Below are positions 13,268-26,284 of a stretch of 64,000 bases of DNA, piece after piece. The stretch is from an uncultured bacterium (GTDB lineage Bacteria > Krumholzibacteriota > Krumholzibacteriia > LZORAL124-64-63). The notes beneath the pieces were generated by a model. That model did not search any database, had not been told where the DNA came from, and saw only the letters and a list, made by a program, of their open reading frames with translations. The translations under genes and the position numbers were made by a program. The DNA is taken from the NCBI GenBank assembly GCA_963732385.1, contig CAVSZB010000002.1, forward strand, positions 160,001 through 224,000, in the 5' to 3' direction. How positions within the stretch are numbered: position 1 is the stretch's first letter; each line of letters starts with the position of its first letter.

Positions 13268-14386
13268 ATGGCAGGTTTATCATTAAAAAATATTTATAAG
13301 ATTTATGAAGGGATGTAACTGCAGTTAAAGATTTCAATCTTAGAAATTGAAGATAAAGAATTTATTGTTTTTGTTGGACCATCAGGTTGTGGTAAATCAA
13401 CAACTTTAAGAATGATTGCAGGTCTTGAAGAAATATCTAAAGGGTGAATTATATATAGGTGGAAAATTAGTTAATGATGTAGAACCTAAGGAAAGAGATA
13501 TAGCAATGGTATTCCAAAACTATGCATTATATCCACATATGACAGTTTATGATAATATGGCATTTGCTTTAAAATTAAGAAAAGCACCTAAAGATGAAAT
13601 AGAAAAAAAAGTTAGAGATGCAGCAAAAATATTAGATATTGAACATTTATTAGATAGAAAACCAAAAGCTTTATCAGGAGGTCAAAGACAAAGAGTTGCT
13701 CTTGGAAGAGCTATCGTTAGAGAACCAAAGGTATTCTTAATGGATGAACCTTTATCAAATCTTGATGCAAAATTAAGAGTTCAAATGAGAACAGAAATAT
13801 CAAAATTATATCAAAGACTTGAAACAACATTTATATATGTTACACATGATCAAACAGAAGCTATGACAATGGGAACAAGAATTGTTGTTATGAAAGATGG
13901 TATTATTCAACAAGTTGATACACCTCAAAATTATATAATAAACCAAAAAACTTATTTGTTGCAGGATTTATTGGAAGTCCACAAATGAACATTATCGAAA
14001 CAAAAGTTGTTCGTCGTGGTGATGATGTTGTTCTTACATTTGGAAATTCAGAAGTTATACTTCCAAAAGCAAAAGCAGATAAATTAGTAGCAGGTGGCTA
14101 TGTTGGTAAAAATGTTATGATGGGTATTCGTCCAGAACATTTATCAGATATGGATACAATTACTGAGGCAGATACAAGTAAATACTCAGTTATTACAGCA
14201 AATGTAGAAGTAACAGAATTATTAGGTTCTGAAACATTCCTATACATGATCTGTGAAGGCCAAAACATGACAGGCCGTGTAAATCCAAGCTGTAAAGCTA
14301 AACCAGGTAGCACAATTAAAATTGGTATTGATGCTACAAAGGTTCATACTTTTGATTTAGAAACACAACTTACAATTAATAACTAA
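13268..14386 (+). CDS. msmX: Sugar ABC transporter ATP-binding subunit (MsmX/UgpC/MalK type; frameshifted)
   Basis: [54 protein letters not shown], and C-terminal TOBE-like GIRPEH. Confidence 0.9.
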
Positions 14387-14403
14387 TTAAAATGAATCTA
14401 AAG

Positions 14404-14436
14404 GGTCTACAAAAGTGATTTTGTAGACCTTTTTTT
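14404..14436 (+). terminator. Rho-independent terminator
   Basis: GGTCTACAAAA-GTGA-TTTTGTAGACC perfect 11-bp stem followed by a T-run, just after the msmX stop. Confidence 0.85.
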
Positions 14437-14539
14437 ACATTAAGCCTTTTTTTTTCACAGGAAATGCGATAAAATATAGTATAATGGAATAGAAATAAAT
14501 TTGGGATATAAAAATATGTAACTTTGGGAGCTGATTTAT

Positions 14540-15636
14540 ATGATTTCAAATCAAATTTTACAAAGTACGATTGATGGCTTAAAAAATATTACAAGACGTG
14601 AATTTACAATCTTGATGGTGAATCAAAAGTAGTAGCAACAACTGTTGAAAATACAATAGGAGAATATGTACCAGAAGTTGAAGCTTTTATCAATTCACAT
14701 GCTGATAGCCAAGAAATGCAAGGCTCACATTATTTTAAAATTTATGATGAGTATCTGGTTGAGCATGTTATATCAGTAAGTGGTTCAGATGATGAAGCTT
14801 ATAAACTTGGAAAGCTTGCAGCTTTTCAAATTAAAAGCTTGTTGGTTGCATATAAAGAAAGATTTGATAAAGATAATTTTATTAAAAACTTATTATTAGA
14901 TAATCTTCTTTTGGTGGACATTTATAGTAGAGCTAAAAAACTTCATATTGAAAATGGTGTACCACGCGTCGTTGTCCTTATTGAATCTTCACAAGGAAAA
15001 GAAGCGAATATTTCTGATGTATTAAGAAGTATTTTCCCAGATAAAGCACGTGATTTTGTAACAGCAGTAGACGAAAGAAGTGTTATTCTTGTTAAGGAAG
15101 TTGGCAATAGTGATGATGAAGAAGTAGAGGGTTATGCTAAGACAATTTATGACACATTAAGTGCAGAAACTATGAGTAATGTTTATGTAGCTGTAGGAAC
15201 TATTGTGGGTGATTTGAAAGATGTATCTAATTCTTATAAAGAAGCTAGTATGGCCTTAGAAGTAGGTAAAATCTTTAATTGTGATAGTCATATTTCAACT
15301 TATGCTAAGCTAGGTATAGGACGTATTATTTATCAATTGCCATTACCACTTTGCAGAATGTTTATCCAAGAAGTATTAAAAGGTAAAAAGGTTGAAAACT
15401 TCGATGATGAAACTTTAATGACTGTTAATAAATTCTTTGAGAATAGCTTAAATGTTTCTGAGACTTCAAGACAACTTTATATTCATAGAAATACCCTTGT
15501 TTATCGTTTGGATAAACTATTAAAAATGACAGGTCTTGACCTTAGAGAATTTGATGATGCGATTATCTTTAAAATTACAATTATGGTAAGTCAATACATG
15601 GAATATATGGAAAGGCAAAATGCAAACTTACTATAG
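14540..15636 (+). CDS. CdaR/PucR family transcriptional regulator (frameshift near 14610)
   Basis: MISNQILQSTIDGLK start; C-terminal HTH FFENSLNVSETSRQLYIHRNTLVYRLDK..TGLDLR. Confidence 0.9.
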
Positions 15637-15658
15637 ACACAATTTGGGGGAATAGTAA

Positions 15659-16354
15659 ATGATTTATTTGACAAATGTATCTAAGACATACCCAAATGGC
15701 ACGGTTGGTTTAAGACCAACAACTCTACATTGAAAAAGGTGAATTTGTTTTTGTTACAGGGAATAGTGGTTCTGGAAAATCTACTTTACTGAAACTTTTA
15801 TTAAAGGAAATAGCACCTACTCATGGAAAAATAGAAATTAATAAAAAAGATCTTAGTAAGCTTAAAAGAAGGCAAGTGCCTTATTTGAGAAGAGATATAG
15901 GCATTGTATTTCAAGATTTCAGATTATTACCTAATAAGACTGTCTATGAAAACGTAGCCTTTGCTATGCAGATTGTGCAGGCAAGTAGTAAAGAAATTAG
16001 GCGATCTGTACCGAGTTGTATTAGGACTTGTTGGACTTGCTAAAAAAGCAAGATGTTACCCTCATGAACTTTCAGGAGGGGAGCAACAAAGAACTGCTAT
16101 AGCCCGTGCTATTGTAAATAGTAGTCCTATACTTATTGCAGATGAACCTACAGGGAAATTTAGACCCAGCTACATCTTGGGAAATTATGAACTTACTTCA
16201 AGATATTAACTTAAGAGGGGTAACGGTTATTGTTGCTACTCATGAAAGAGAAATTGTTAATACCCTTAAAAAGCGTGTTATAGAAATTAATGATGGTATA
16301 ATCGTTAAGGATATTCATGAAGGAGGGTATGATGATGAAATGGAGTACTGTTAA
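15659..16354 (+). CDS. ftsE: Cell division ATP-binding protein FtsE (frameshifted)
   Basis: [46 protein letters not shown]; followed by an ftsX-like start. Confidence 0.9.
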
Positions 16355-16398
16355 GTATCTCTTTAAAGAAGGTATAATGGGTCTTTGGAAGAATAGAT
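16335..16398 (+). CDS. ftsX: FtsX N-terminus (truncated at junction)
   Basis: [21 protein letters not shown], overlapping the ftsE end with a GGAGG RBS. Confidence 0.7.
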
Positions 16399-18298
16399 TG
16401 ACGACCTCGTTGGCCAGCCAGTCACCGAACTCGGGTTCCACCTGCCGATAGTGCCAGCCGAGCGCGAACTGCTTCTCCTCGACGAGGCTCCCCGGCGCGC
16501 GATCCGCGAAGTGCTCGAGGACCGGTCGGACGCGGGCCTTCCACTCCACGTCGGCGCCCGGCCGGAGCGTCTGCCACGCCGCGTCCCCAGGGCCACGGAG
16601 CAGCGCCCCGTGCTCGGCGGCGAGCCAGACGCCCTGCAGGCCGCCGAACCAGCGCTCGAGGTCGACGGCCGACCGCCCCGAGACGATGACCACGGTGGTG
16701 CCCTTGCGCCGGGCGAGCGCGGCGACGATCTCGAGCACCGACGACCCCGGCGTGGCGGCCGCGGGACGGGCGGCGAGGGGCACGAGCGTCCCGTCATAGT
16801 CGAGGTAGAGCGCCCGCCGGGCGGCGCCGCGGAAGGCCCGCCGGATCTCCGGCAGCGGTGGCTCGGGCACCACGGTGGCCCCGTCGCCGCGCTCGTCGAC
16901 CGCCGCCGAGAGGTCGGCGACGAAGCGCTCCGCCCAGGTGAGGGCGCTGTTCCGTCGCACCCGCTCCAGGAGGGCGGCCTGGCGCTCCAGCCGCTCGTCC
17001 TCCGGCATCGCGAGGGCGCGCTCGAGGGCGTCGGCGGAGCCCGGCTCGTCGTAGGGGTTGACGCGGATCGCCTCGCCCATCTCGCGGGCGGCGCCGGCGA
17101 ACTCGCTCAGGAGCAGCACGCCGGCCCGGCCCTGCTGGCAGGCCACGAACTCCTTGGCGACGAGGTTCATGCCGTCCCGGAGCGGCGCGACCCAGCCGAC
17201 GTCGGCGGCCGCGTAGAGAGCGGCCAGCTCGGCGCGCGAGATGGAGCGGCGAAGGTAGATGACCGGGCTCCAGTCGGGCGTGCCGAGCTCGCCGTTGATC
17301 TCGCCCACGAGCTCGCTCACCTCGCGGCGAAGCTCGACGTAGGCCGGGACCCGCTCCCGCGATGGCACGGCCACCTGCACGAGCGAGATCCGGCCACGCC
17401 ACTCCGGCCGGCTGACGAGAAAGCGCCGGAACGCCCGCAGCCGCTCGGGGATCCCCTTCGTGTAGTCGAGGCGATCGACGGCGAGGACGAGGCGCCGGCC
17501 GCGATGCCGCTCGTGCAGCTCGTGGATCCGGGCCTCCACGTCGACGTCCGCGGTGACGAGGCGCTCCCACTCGTCGGTCACGATCCCGATGGGATGGGCC
17601 TCGAGGACGACCGGTCGGCCGTCGATCTCGAGGCGGTCCATCCGGCTCTCGATGCCGATGGCCTGGAGGACCGACCCCCGGAACGCCCCGAGGTGCTCGT
17701 GGGTCTGGAACGCGACCACGTCCGCCCCGAGCAGGCCCTCGAGGATCGCGTCGCGCTGCGGCAGGATGCGGAAGACGTCGGACGCGGGGAACGGGATGTG
17801 GAGGAAGAAGCCGACCCTGACTCCCGGGACCGCCTCGCGGAGCATCCCGGGGACGAGCATGAGCTGGTAGTCGTGGACCCAGACCAGGTCGTCCGGCCGG
17901 AGGCGCTCGAGGATGGCCGCCGTGAACCGCTCGTTCGCATCGCGGTAGGCGTGCCACGTCTCCGGGTCGAAGCTGGCCCGCGACGGGAGCCCATGGAGCA
18001 GCGGCCAGAGGGTGTTGTTGCTGTAGCCCTCGTAGAACGCCCGGGTGATCCGGGGCGGCAGGTCGACCGCGACGAACCCGTGCTCGTCTTCCCAGGAGCG
18101 CAGGAGGTCGGCTCGGCCGGTCGCATCGCCGGCGGGGGCGTCGCCGGGCCAGCCGATCCACAGCCCCCGGGTCCGCTCCATGACCGGCGCCAGCGCCGCC
18201 ACGAGGCCCCCGCTGCTGCGCTCCGAGCGCCAGCGTCCCCCCGGCCGGCGAGCGGTGAGCGGCAGGCGGTTCGAGACGACGACGAGGCGGTCAGCCAT
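16399..18298 (-). CDS. Bifunctional trehalose-6-phosphate synthase/phosphatase (3'-truncated at junction)
   Basis: [57 protein letters not shown] motif LDYDGTL. Confidence 0.95.
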
Positions 18299-18685
18299 GC
18301 GGCACGCTCGAGGCGCGGGCCCGGCTTACGGGGCCGGCGTCGACGGGGGCGCTCGGGGTCCGGCGCGGGCCGTCGAAGGCACTCGGGGCGCGGCGGATGC
18401 GAGGGCCGCGACGGCGCGGCGGGTCCTGACGATGAAGGCAGAATGGTTCGGTCATACGGTCGGCGCGCCGCCGACCGCGGTCACGTGGGCGGATCGTGGA
18501 TGTCCGGCCGGGGACGGGGCCCCTTCGAAGATCGCGGTCACAGGGCAGGGCGCTGCGGTCGAGTCAACCACGGCCCGCGTCGAGGTGTCAACGACGCGCC
18601 GGGACCAGGGGGTGGTGGAGGGGGCTTCGGAGGCGGCCCCACGTCGTCCAGCGGCAACGTCGCCTCCCGGCGCGCGCCCGACCGG

Positions 18686-18774
18686 TGGTGGGCGAGGTCG
18701 GGGTCGAACCGACACGCCGCTCACGCGGCACCGGCTCCTAAGGCCGGCGCGTCTGCCAATTCCGCCACTCGCCC
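18686..18774 (-). tRNA. tRNA-Leu (anticodon TAG), CCA encoded
   Basis: GGGCGAG acceptor stem, D-loop GGAATTGGCAGAC, anticodon arm CCGGC-CTTAGGA-GCCGG, long variable arm, GGTTCGAC T-loop, CTCGCCC-ACCA end. Confidence 0.95.
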
Positions 18775-18785
18775 GTGGCGCGAGT

Positions 18786-19346
18786 CTACCCGGTGGGGGG
18801 CTTCGCCTTGCCGTCGATGCGGGCGCGGATGACCTCCTCGCGGGCCGCGACGTCCTCCGCGGAGGTCGCCGCCACCCGTTTGAGGACCTCCCGGAGCGCC
18901 GTCGAGGCGAGCGGTGCTGCGGTCGCGTACAGAAGCCTCCGGCGGAACCGGTTGTCGGCCCGCACCCCGTCGGCGACGTAGCCCGCGAAGTCGCGCTCGA
19001 GCGCGCCGCGCACCTTGGCCCCGTCGTCGCCGAGCGCCCGGACGGCCTTCTCGACCTTGTCGGGCAGGAGGCTCGGCGGGAGCGGGTCGGGCTTGCCGAC
19101 GATCCGGTGCTTCACCGTGCGGAAGACCCGGCGCGGGCCGCCGAGGACGACGAACGCCGTCCCGCCGACCGCGGCGGCGGTCTTGCCGGGGTTCCGGCGG
19201 ACCTTCGCCTTGACGTCCACCGCCGCCCGAGCGGACGCCTCGAGGCGCACGAGCTCGTCGGCCAGGGCCTGCCGGGCTGCCGAGAGGTCGTCGAGCGCGG
19301 CAGCCGTGGCCGGGTCCGGGGGGCGCTGATCCATCGGGGCGCTCAT
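18786..19346 (-). CDS. Hypothetical protein (DUF3618-like, coupled to holin-family gene)
   Basis: GGAGG RBS; ATGA overlap with upstream gene; coiled N-terminus, then RRNP and a hydrophobic stretch. Confidence 0.65.
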   Translation of the reverse strand: MSAPMDQRPPDPATAAALDDLSAARQALADELVRLEASARAAVDVKAKVRRNPGKTAAAVGGTAFVVLGGPRRVFRTVKHRIVGKPDPLPPSLLPDKVEKAVRALGDDGAKVRGALERDFAGYVADGVRADNRFRRRLLYATAAPLASTALREVLKRVAATSAEDVAAREEVIRARIDGKAKPPTG

Positions 19347-20528
19347 GCCGCGTCCTCCTCCCCGCCCTTGCGGCCGGGCAGGCGGGCCTCGACGAAGGCC
19401 TTCGTCTCCATGGCGGCGTCGATCGAGGCCTGTGGCGTGAACCGCCGCTTGAGGTCCTCCCAGTCGTAGTGGCGAAGGGCAAGGGCGGCGAACACCGGCC
19501 AGGCCACCAGCATGACGGTGACGCCGATGGCGACGCCGACCTGGAGGCTGAACGAGATGGCCGTGAAGGCCCCGATGAGCGCGCCGAGGATCGCGCCGCC
19601 GAAGAACCCGCCGATCGCCCCGCCGGCGCCTCCGGCGCGCGCCCCACCGATGATCCCGAGGAGCGCGAGGATGGCGCCCCACAGGGCGATCCCGACGACG
19701 AGCGGGCGGTAGGCCGGATCGACCGTCGGGGCGACGCTCTCGCCGATCGCCGCGTACAGCGCATTCGGCCAGGCGAGGCCGAAGACGGTGCCGACGACGG
19801 CCCCGACGAGAATCGCCAGGAAGAGGGTACCAACGAGGTACGTCCGGCTGATGCGCAGGGCGCTCAACACGAGCACGACGGCGATCGCGACGGAGAAGAG
19901 CGACTCCGTGGAGGATCCCCCATCCCATCGAGCCGAACAGCCACTCCCCCAGGAAGAGCGCGATCCCGACGGGGACGAGGAGGGCGATATAGAGGAGGAA
20001 GACGAGGGCTGCCCCGACCTGCGCGGCGACGTACTTCAGGTCGCTTGCGATCGTCGAGAGCTCGGCCTTCGCAAGGACGATGTGCGCGTCCACGAGGCCG
20101 CGGCCGGCCGCGAACGTGCGCTGCGCCTGTTCGCGCAGCCCGGGCGGCTTCGGCGGCTTCGGCGGCTTCGGGCGCGGCGGCGGGCTGCCGGCCGGTCCCG
20201 ACGGCGGCGCGCCGGGCGGCGTTCGGGGCGGACCGCCGGGGGGCGTTCGGGGCGGACCGCCCGGGGGCGTGGCGGCGGGCGGGACGACGGGCTCCGGGGC
20301 CGCGGGCGGCACCAGAGCCTCGGGCGCGGGCCCCGCCGCGGGCGGCGGCGAGGCCACGGGGTCGGCAGCCGTCGACGCAGCGCCTGCCACGTCGGCGTTC
20401 GCGGCCTCGATCGCGGCGGCCTCGGCCTCGGCGGCGGCGATCGCGTCGAGGGGAGTGCCGGTCGCGTCCTCCGGCGGGACGGAGGATCCTGCGGGTCGGG
20501 ACGCGTCGGAGGGCGGATGCTCGCTCAG
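19343..20528 (-). CDS. Phage-holin-family (DUF1469-like) membrane protein with Pro-rich N-terminus; frameshift near 19900
   Basis: LVDAHIVLAKAEL motif followed by several transmembrane segments. Start codon uncertain (possible CTG). Confidence 0.6.
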
Positions 20529-20592
20529 GGTGGGCTCCTTCGCGCGGCGGCGTTCCCGCCGATCATACCGTCCCGCGCCGTCGGGCGGAGAC

Positions 20593-21677
20593 TCAGCTGA
20601 TCGTCAGGACCGGCTGCTGGCGGGCGGCCCGCACGCTCATCCGGGCGGCCACCGTCTGGGCCACCGCGGTCAGCGCCACGGCCGCCGGACCGGGCTCGCG
20701 CTGGGCGACCGCCGGGACCCCGACGTCGCCGCCCTGGCGGACCGTGATGTCGAGGGGGATCCCGCCCAGGTACTCCAGCGTCGTGCTCGCGCGGCGAAGC
20801 GCTCCGCCGCCGCCGCGCCCGAAGATCTCGGTCAGCTCGCCGCAATGCGGGCAGACGAAGGCGCGTCATGTTCTCGACGAGCCCGATCACCGGCACGCTC
20901 ATCCGCTGGAACATCGCGAGGGCCTTGCCGACGTCGGAGAGCGAGACCTCCTGGGGCGTCGTGACCAGGACCGCCCCGCAGATCGGCACCGCCTGGGCCA
21001 GCGTGAGCTGCGCGTCCGACGTGCCGGGCGGCAGGTCGATGACGAGGTAGTCCAGGTCGCCCCAGTCGACGTCGCGCAGGAACTGCTGGATCGCGCCGCC
21101 GACGAGCGGGCCGCGCCACACGATCGGCTGGCCGTCCGGGCACGAAGAACTGCGATCGAGATGACCTTCACGCCGTGGCGCTCGAGCGGCAGGATCTTGT
21201 TGTTCGTCGCTGGCCTTGGGCTGCGCCCTCGACGCCCATCATCATGCGGGATGTTCGGGCCGGTGATGTCCGCGTCGAGGAGGCCGACCGCGGCGCCCGC
21301 CTGGGCCAGGGCGACCGCGAGGTTGACGCTGACGGTGCTCTTGCCGACGCCGCCCTTGCCGGACGCGACGGCGATGATGTTCTTCACGCCGCGAGCGAGC
21401 TGCTGCGGCCTGGCGCGGCGGCGCGCGGCGGACCATCGCGCCCCAGGTGATCTCGACGCCGGTCGCACCGATCCCGGCCAGCGCGGCCCGGGCGTTGCGC
21501 TCGATCTCGTCCTTGAGCGGGCAGGCCGGCGTGGTCAGCTCGATCGTGAAGGCGACCTTCGGCCCGTCGATGACGATCGTCCTTGACCATGTTGAGGGTG
21601 ACGATGTCGCGGCCGAGCTCGGGCTCCTGGACGGTGCGGAGGGCGTCGAGGACGGCGGCTTCGGTGAGCGTGCTCAT
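20593..21677 (-). CDS. mrp: Mrp/NBP35 (ApbC) Fe-S cluster carrier ATPase (frameshifted)
   Basis: [64 protein letters not shown]. Confidence 0.9.
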
Positions 21678-22002
21678 CTGGCGGTCGGTTCCTTCCGGTG
21701 CGGGGACGCGGGCGTTCCCGGGCGTCGCGCCCGGGCCGATCATCGTATCGCGGCGGCCGCGCGCAGAGTCGCCATTCGCACGGCCGCGGCGGTCCTTCGC
21801 GTGCGGATCCGCATGGCCGATCACGATGCGCACCAGTTGACGACGCCGTTTCCGCGGCCTCGTACCATCCGGCCATCTACTGCACGACGGTAGACGTCGG
21901 TGGACGCGCGCCGAGGAGGCGCGCCACCGGCCGCGGCTCGCCCCGTCCCCGGGCGACCGGTCGGCGCAGCCCTCCGGCGACGCGAGGAGCAGCGAAGCGA
22001 CC

Positions 22003-23142
22003 GTGACGACCGACGTCGACGTCCGGCTCGTCGACGTCGTCAAGAAGTTCGGCGAGGTCGTCGCCGTCGACCACATCGACCTCGAGGTCCGCGACGGCGA
22101 GTTCTTCTCGCTGCTGGGCCCGTCCGGCTGCGGCAAGACGACGACCCTGCGCATGATCGGCGGCTTCGAGGAGCCCACGTCGGGCCTCATCGAGCTCCAG
22201 GGCCAGGACGTCGACCTGGCTGCCGCCGTACAAGCGCAACGTCAACACCGTCTTCCAGAACTACGCCCTGTTCCCGCACCTGACGATCTACGAGAACGTC
22301 GCCTTCGGCCTCCGGCGCAAGAAGGTCGACGGACGCGGAGATCAAGGCGCCGGGTCGGCGAGATGCTCGAGCTCGTCGAGCTGCCGGGCTTCGAGAAGCG
22401 CAAGCCGACCCAGATCTCCGGCGGCCAGGCCCAGCGCGTCGCGCTCGCGCGGGCGCTCATCAACCGCCCGTCGGTGCTGCTCCTCGACGAGCCGCTCGGC
22501 GCCCTCGACCTCAAGCTGCGCAAGCAGATGCAGGTCGAGCTCAAGCGCATCCAGCAGGAGGTCGGGATCACGTTCATCTACGTGACCCACGACCAGGAAG
22601 AGGCGATGACGATGTCGGATCGCATCGCCGTCATGAACCGCGGCCAGCTACGAGCAGCTGGCCGACCCGGAGACCCTGTACGAGCGGCCGGCCACCCGCT
22701 TCGTCGCCGGCTTCCTCGGCGTCTCGCAACCTGCTGCGCGGCAGCGTCGTCGGAGACGGCCGCGGCACGCACGTCGGCCGTGCGGCTCGACGAGCGACGT
22801 CGTCGTCCGCGTCCCGATCGCGGCGGCCGGCGGGTCCGACGCCGATCGAGGTCGGCGTCCGGCCCGAGAAGATCCGGCTGTACGGCGACTGAACCAGGAG
22901 ATCCCCGGCCGGGCTGAACCAGCTGGCCGGGACCGTCCGCGACGCCTCGTACCTCGGCGTGAGCACCCAGTACGTCGTCGAGACCCGGAGCGGCGGCCGC
23001 CTCACGCGTCTACGAGCAGAACGTCGAGCGCACGATCCACGGGTCGCTCTACCGGCCGGGCGAGGAGGTCCGGCTCACGTGGTCGCCCGACCACTCGTTC
23101 GCGGTCGCCCCGTCCGCCGGCGGCGACGGAGCCGAGGAGTGA
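22003..23142 (+). CDS. potA: Polyamine ABC transporter ATP-binding protein (frameshifted)
   Basis: [66 protein letters not shown]. Confidence 0.9.
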
Positions 23143-23178
23143 GCCGCGCGGCCGCGACCGGCGCACCGGAGGAGGAGC

Positions 23179-24419
23179 ATGATGCCGCAGCACGATCCGA
23201 TCCTCGACCGGAGGATCACCCGTCGCACGATGCTCCAGGGCTCGGCCCTCGCCGGCGTCGGCGCCTTCCTCGCGGCCTGCGGGCACGCCGGGCCAGACCG
23301 GCGCGCCGTCCGGGACGCCGGCCGCCGAGCGCGGCGCCGAGCGAGGCGGCGCCGGCCGACCGAGAAGCCGACCGCGAGCGACGTCCTCAACTTCGCCAAC
23401 TGGCCCCTCTACATCGACTACGACGACGACGACCGCAGAGCAGCCCCACGCTCGAGCAGTTCACCGCGAAGTACGGCACGAAGGTCAACTACGTCGAGGC
23501 GATCAACGACAACGAGTCGTTCTTCGGGACGATCCAGCCGCCCCTGCAGGCCGGCCAGGACACCGGCTGGGACATCATCGTCCTGACCGACTGGATGGCC
23601 GCCCGCGTCGTCCGCCTCGGCTGGGTCGAGACGATCGACACGGCGAACACGCCGAACTTCACGGCCAACCTGCTCGACGTCTACCGGGGCGTCGCCTGGG
23701 ACCCCGACACGAACCTGCGCGCGCCCTGGCAGTCGGGCATGACCGGCCTCGGCTTCGACGAGGCGGTGACGGGCAACCTGACCAGCCTCGAGGCGCTGCT
23801 GGACCGACGACTCCCGCTGGAAGGGCAAGGTCTCGTTCCTCACCGAGATGCGGGACACGGTCGGGCTGACGCTGCTGAAGCTCGGCTACGCGCCCGAGGA
23901 CTTCACGATGCGAGCAGGCCGACGAGGCGTTCGCCGAGATCAAGACGGCCGTCGACGCCGGCATCGTCCGGAGCTTCCTCGGCAACGACTACAAGGAGGC
24001 CCTCGTCAAGGGCGACCTCGTCCTCGGCACTGCGTGGTCGGGCGACATGATCATCGCCCAGGACGAGAAGGAGAGGCTCCGCTTCAACATCCCCGACGAG
24101 GGCGGGACGCTCTGGACCGACAACATGCTCATCCCCAAGGCCGCCCAGCACAAGTACACGGCCGAGCTGATGATCGACTTCGTCTACGACCCGTCCGATC
24201 GCCGCCCAGCTGGCGGCGTACATCTAGTACGTCTCGCCGGTGGCCGGCGCCAAGGAGGTCCTGCGGCGAGCGATCGATCCCGAGACGGCGGCGCTGGCCG
24301 AGAACCCGCTCATCTTCCCCGACGAGGCGACGCTCGCGAAGGTCCACATCTTCCGCGACCTCGACGAGGAGGAAGAGGCCTACATGAACGACGAGTTCTC
24401 GAAGGTCACCGGGAACTAG
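23179..24419 (+). CDS. potD: Polyamine ABC substrate-binding lipoprotein with Tat signal (frameshifted)
   Basis: TRRTMLQ...LAAC; LNFANWPLYID, PWQSGMTG, WSGD, LWTDNMLIP. Confidence 0.85.
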
Positions 24420-24472
24420 GTCGCCGGGCCCACGCCGGCCGCGCCGCCCACCGCCCTGCACGAGGACCGCCC

Positions 24473-25355
24473 GTGGGACGCTCCTCCGTCGCTACCGGTT
24501 CCTCGTCCCGTACCTGCTGCTGGCGCCGGGCCTCCTCTGGCTGGCCGTCTACTACGTCTACCCGGCCATCCAGATGTTCATCGCCTCCTTCTGGAGCGGG
24601 TCGCTCTCGCAGGGCTACACGTTCTCGTTCGAGAACTGGACCAACTACACGGACGCCCTCGACCGGTACTCGGAGCAGTTCATCCGCTCGATCGTCTACG
24701 CCGGACTCGCCACCCTCCTGACGTTCGCGATCTCCTTCCCGCTCGCCTACACGATCGCGTTCCGCGGCGGGCGCTACAAGAACCTCCTCCTGTTCCTCGT
24801 CATCGCCCCCTTCTTCACCAGCTTCCTGCTGCCGGGTCATCAGCTGGCGGACGATCCTCGGCGACAACGGGCTCCTGCTCGGCCTGCTCGAAGGAGCTCG
24901 GCATGCTGCCCGGAGGACTTCCGGGTGCTCGCTACGCCGCTCGCCGTCGTCACCGGCATCGCCTACAACTTCCTGCCGTTCATGACGCTGCCGATCTACG
25001 TGAGCCTCGAGAAGATCGACCGGCGGCTCCTCGAGGCCGGTCAGGACCTCTACGCGACGCCGCCGGACCGACGTTCCGCAAGGTCACCTTCCCGCTCGCC
25101 GCTGCCCGGCATCTTCGCCGGGACGCTGCTCACCTTCATCCCGGCGATGGGCGACTACGTCAACGCCGAGCTGCTCGGCCAGACGCCGAGCAGCCCGGAT
25201 GATCGGCAACGTCATCCAGATCGCGGTTCCTGACGAGCAACGACTACCCGACCGCCGCCGCTCTCTCGTTCATCCTCATGGCCGGCATCCTCGTCGCCGT
25301 CGCGATCTACGCTCGGGTCCTCGGCACCGAGGAGCTCACGAGCTCGGGGCGCTGA
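24473..25355 (+). CDS. potB: Polyamine ABC permease (frameshifted; start uncertain)
   Basis: PYLLLAPG, YNFLPFMTLPIYVSLEKID..LLEA, TFIPAMGDY. Confidence 0.85.
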
Positions 25356-25359
25356 GCCG

Positions 25360-26207
25360 ATGACGAGCCTCGCCACCCCGGCGCCGACCCGCACCGCGCG
25401 GGACCGTCCGCCAGCGGATCGCCCGCTGGCTCGGCCGCTACGGCCTCTACGTGTACACCGCGCTCGCGATCGTGTACCTGATGCTGCCGATCGCCGTCAT
25501 GATCGTGTTCAGCTTCAACGACCCGGTCGGCAAGTCGAACTTCACGTGGGTCGAGTTCAGCCTCGACGCCTGGCTCAACCCGTTCGGTGCCCTCGGGCTC
25601 CAGGACGCGGTCTTCGCCAGCCTGCGGATCGCCTTCATCTCGACGATCGTCGCGACGATCCTGGGCACGCTCATCGGCGCTCGCCCTCACCCGCTACCAG
25701 TTCCGCGGCCGCGGGGCGACGAACCTCTTCATCTTCCTGCCGATGGCGACGCCCGAGATCGTCCTCGGCGCCTCGCTCCTGACGATGTTCGTGTCGATCG
25801 GCCAGCCGCGGAACGAGCTCACGATCCTCATCGCCCACATCATGTTCAACATCAGCTTCGTGGTCGTGACGGTCCGGGCCCGCCTCGCCGGGCTTCCCCG
25901 CCATCTCGAGGAGGCGGCGATGGACCTGGGCGCGACCGAGTGGGTGACGTTCTGGAAGGTCACCTTCCCGCTCATCTTCCCGGGGATCATGGCCGCCGCC
26001 CTGCTGGCGTTCAGCCTCTCGATCGACGACTTCGTCATCACCAACTTCACCGCCGGCCAGACGGTGACCTTCCCGATGTACATCTACGGGTCGTACCGGA
26101 TCGGCGTGCCGGTCCAGGTCAACGTCATCGGGACGATCATCTTCCTCACCGCGGTCGGAGCGGTCCTCCTGAGCACGCTCCTGCAGCGGCGCGACCGGGG
26201 CGCCTGA
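25360..26207 (+). CDS. potC: Polyamine ABC permease (frameshifted)
   Basis: FSFN, PEIVLG, LEEAAMDLGA, SIDDFVIT. Confidence 0.85.
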
Positions 26208-26284
26208 TCGATCCGGTGACCGACGACGGGAAGGGCCGCACGGCACGCGGAGGGCTGCGACCCGGGGGCGCTCGCCCCGGTGTC

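Noticed and set aside
6010..16398. Horizontally acquired low-GC genomic island
   Set aside because: It carries core genes, both ends cut genes, it has no integrase or att sites, and the two flanks do not rejoin into one gene.
18299..18774. Element integrated at tRNA-Leu, or ncRNA/hammerhead in the intergenic region
   Set aside because: No integrase or duplicated tRNA 3' end was seen. CTGACGA near 18426 lacks the following stem and GAAA of a hammerhead.
19343..20528. Prophage lysis module
   Set aside because: Holin-family membrane proteins of this type occur in chromosomal contexts, and no phage genes are nearby.
24225..24227. In-frame TAG in potD as pyrrolysine/readthrough
   Set aside because: The context AAYI*YVSP suggests a TAC-to-TAG read error in an error-rich region; no pyl genes are seen.
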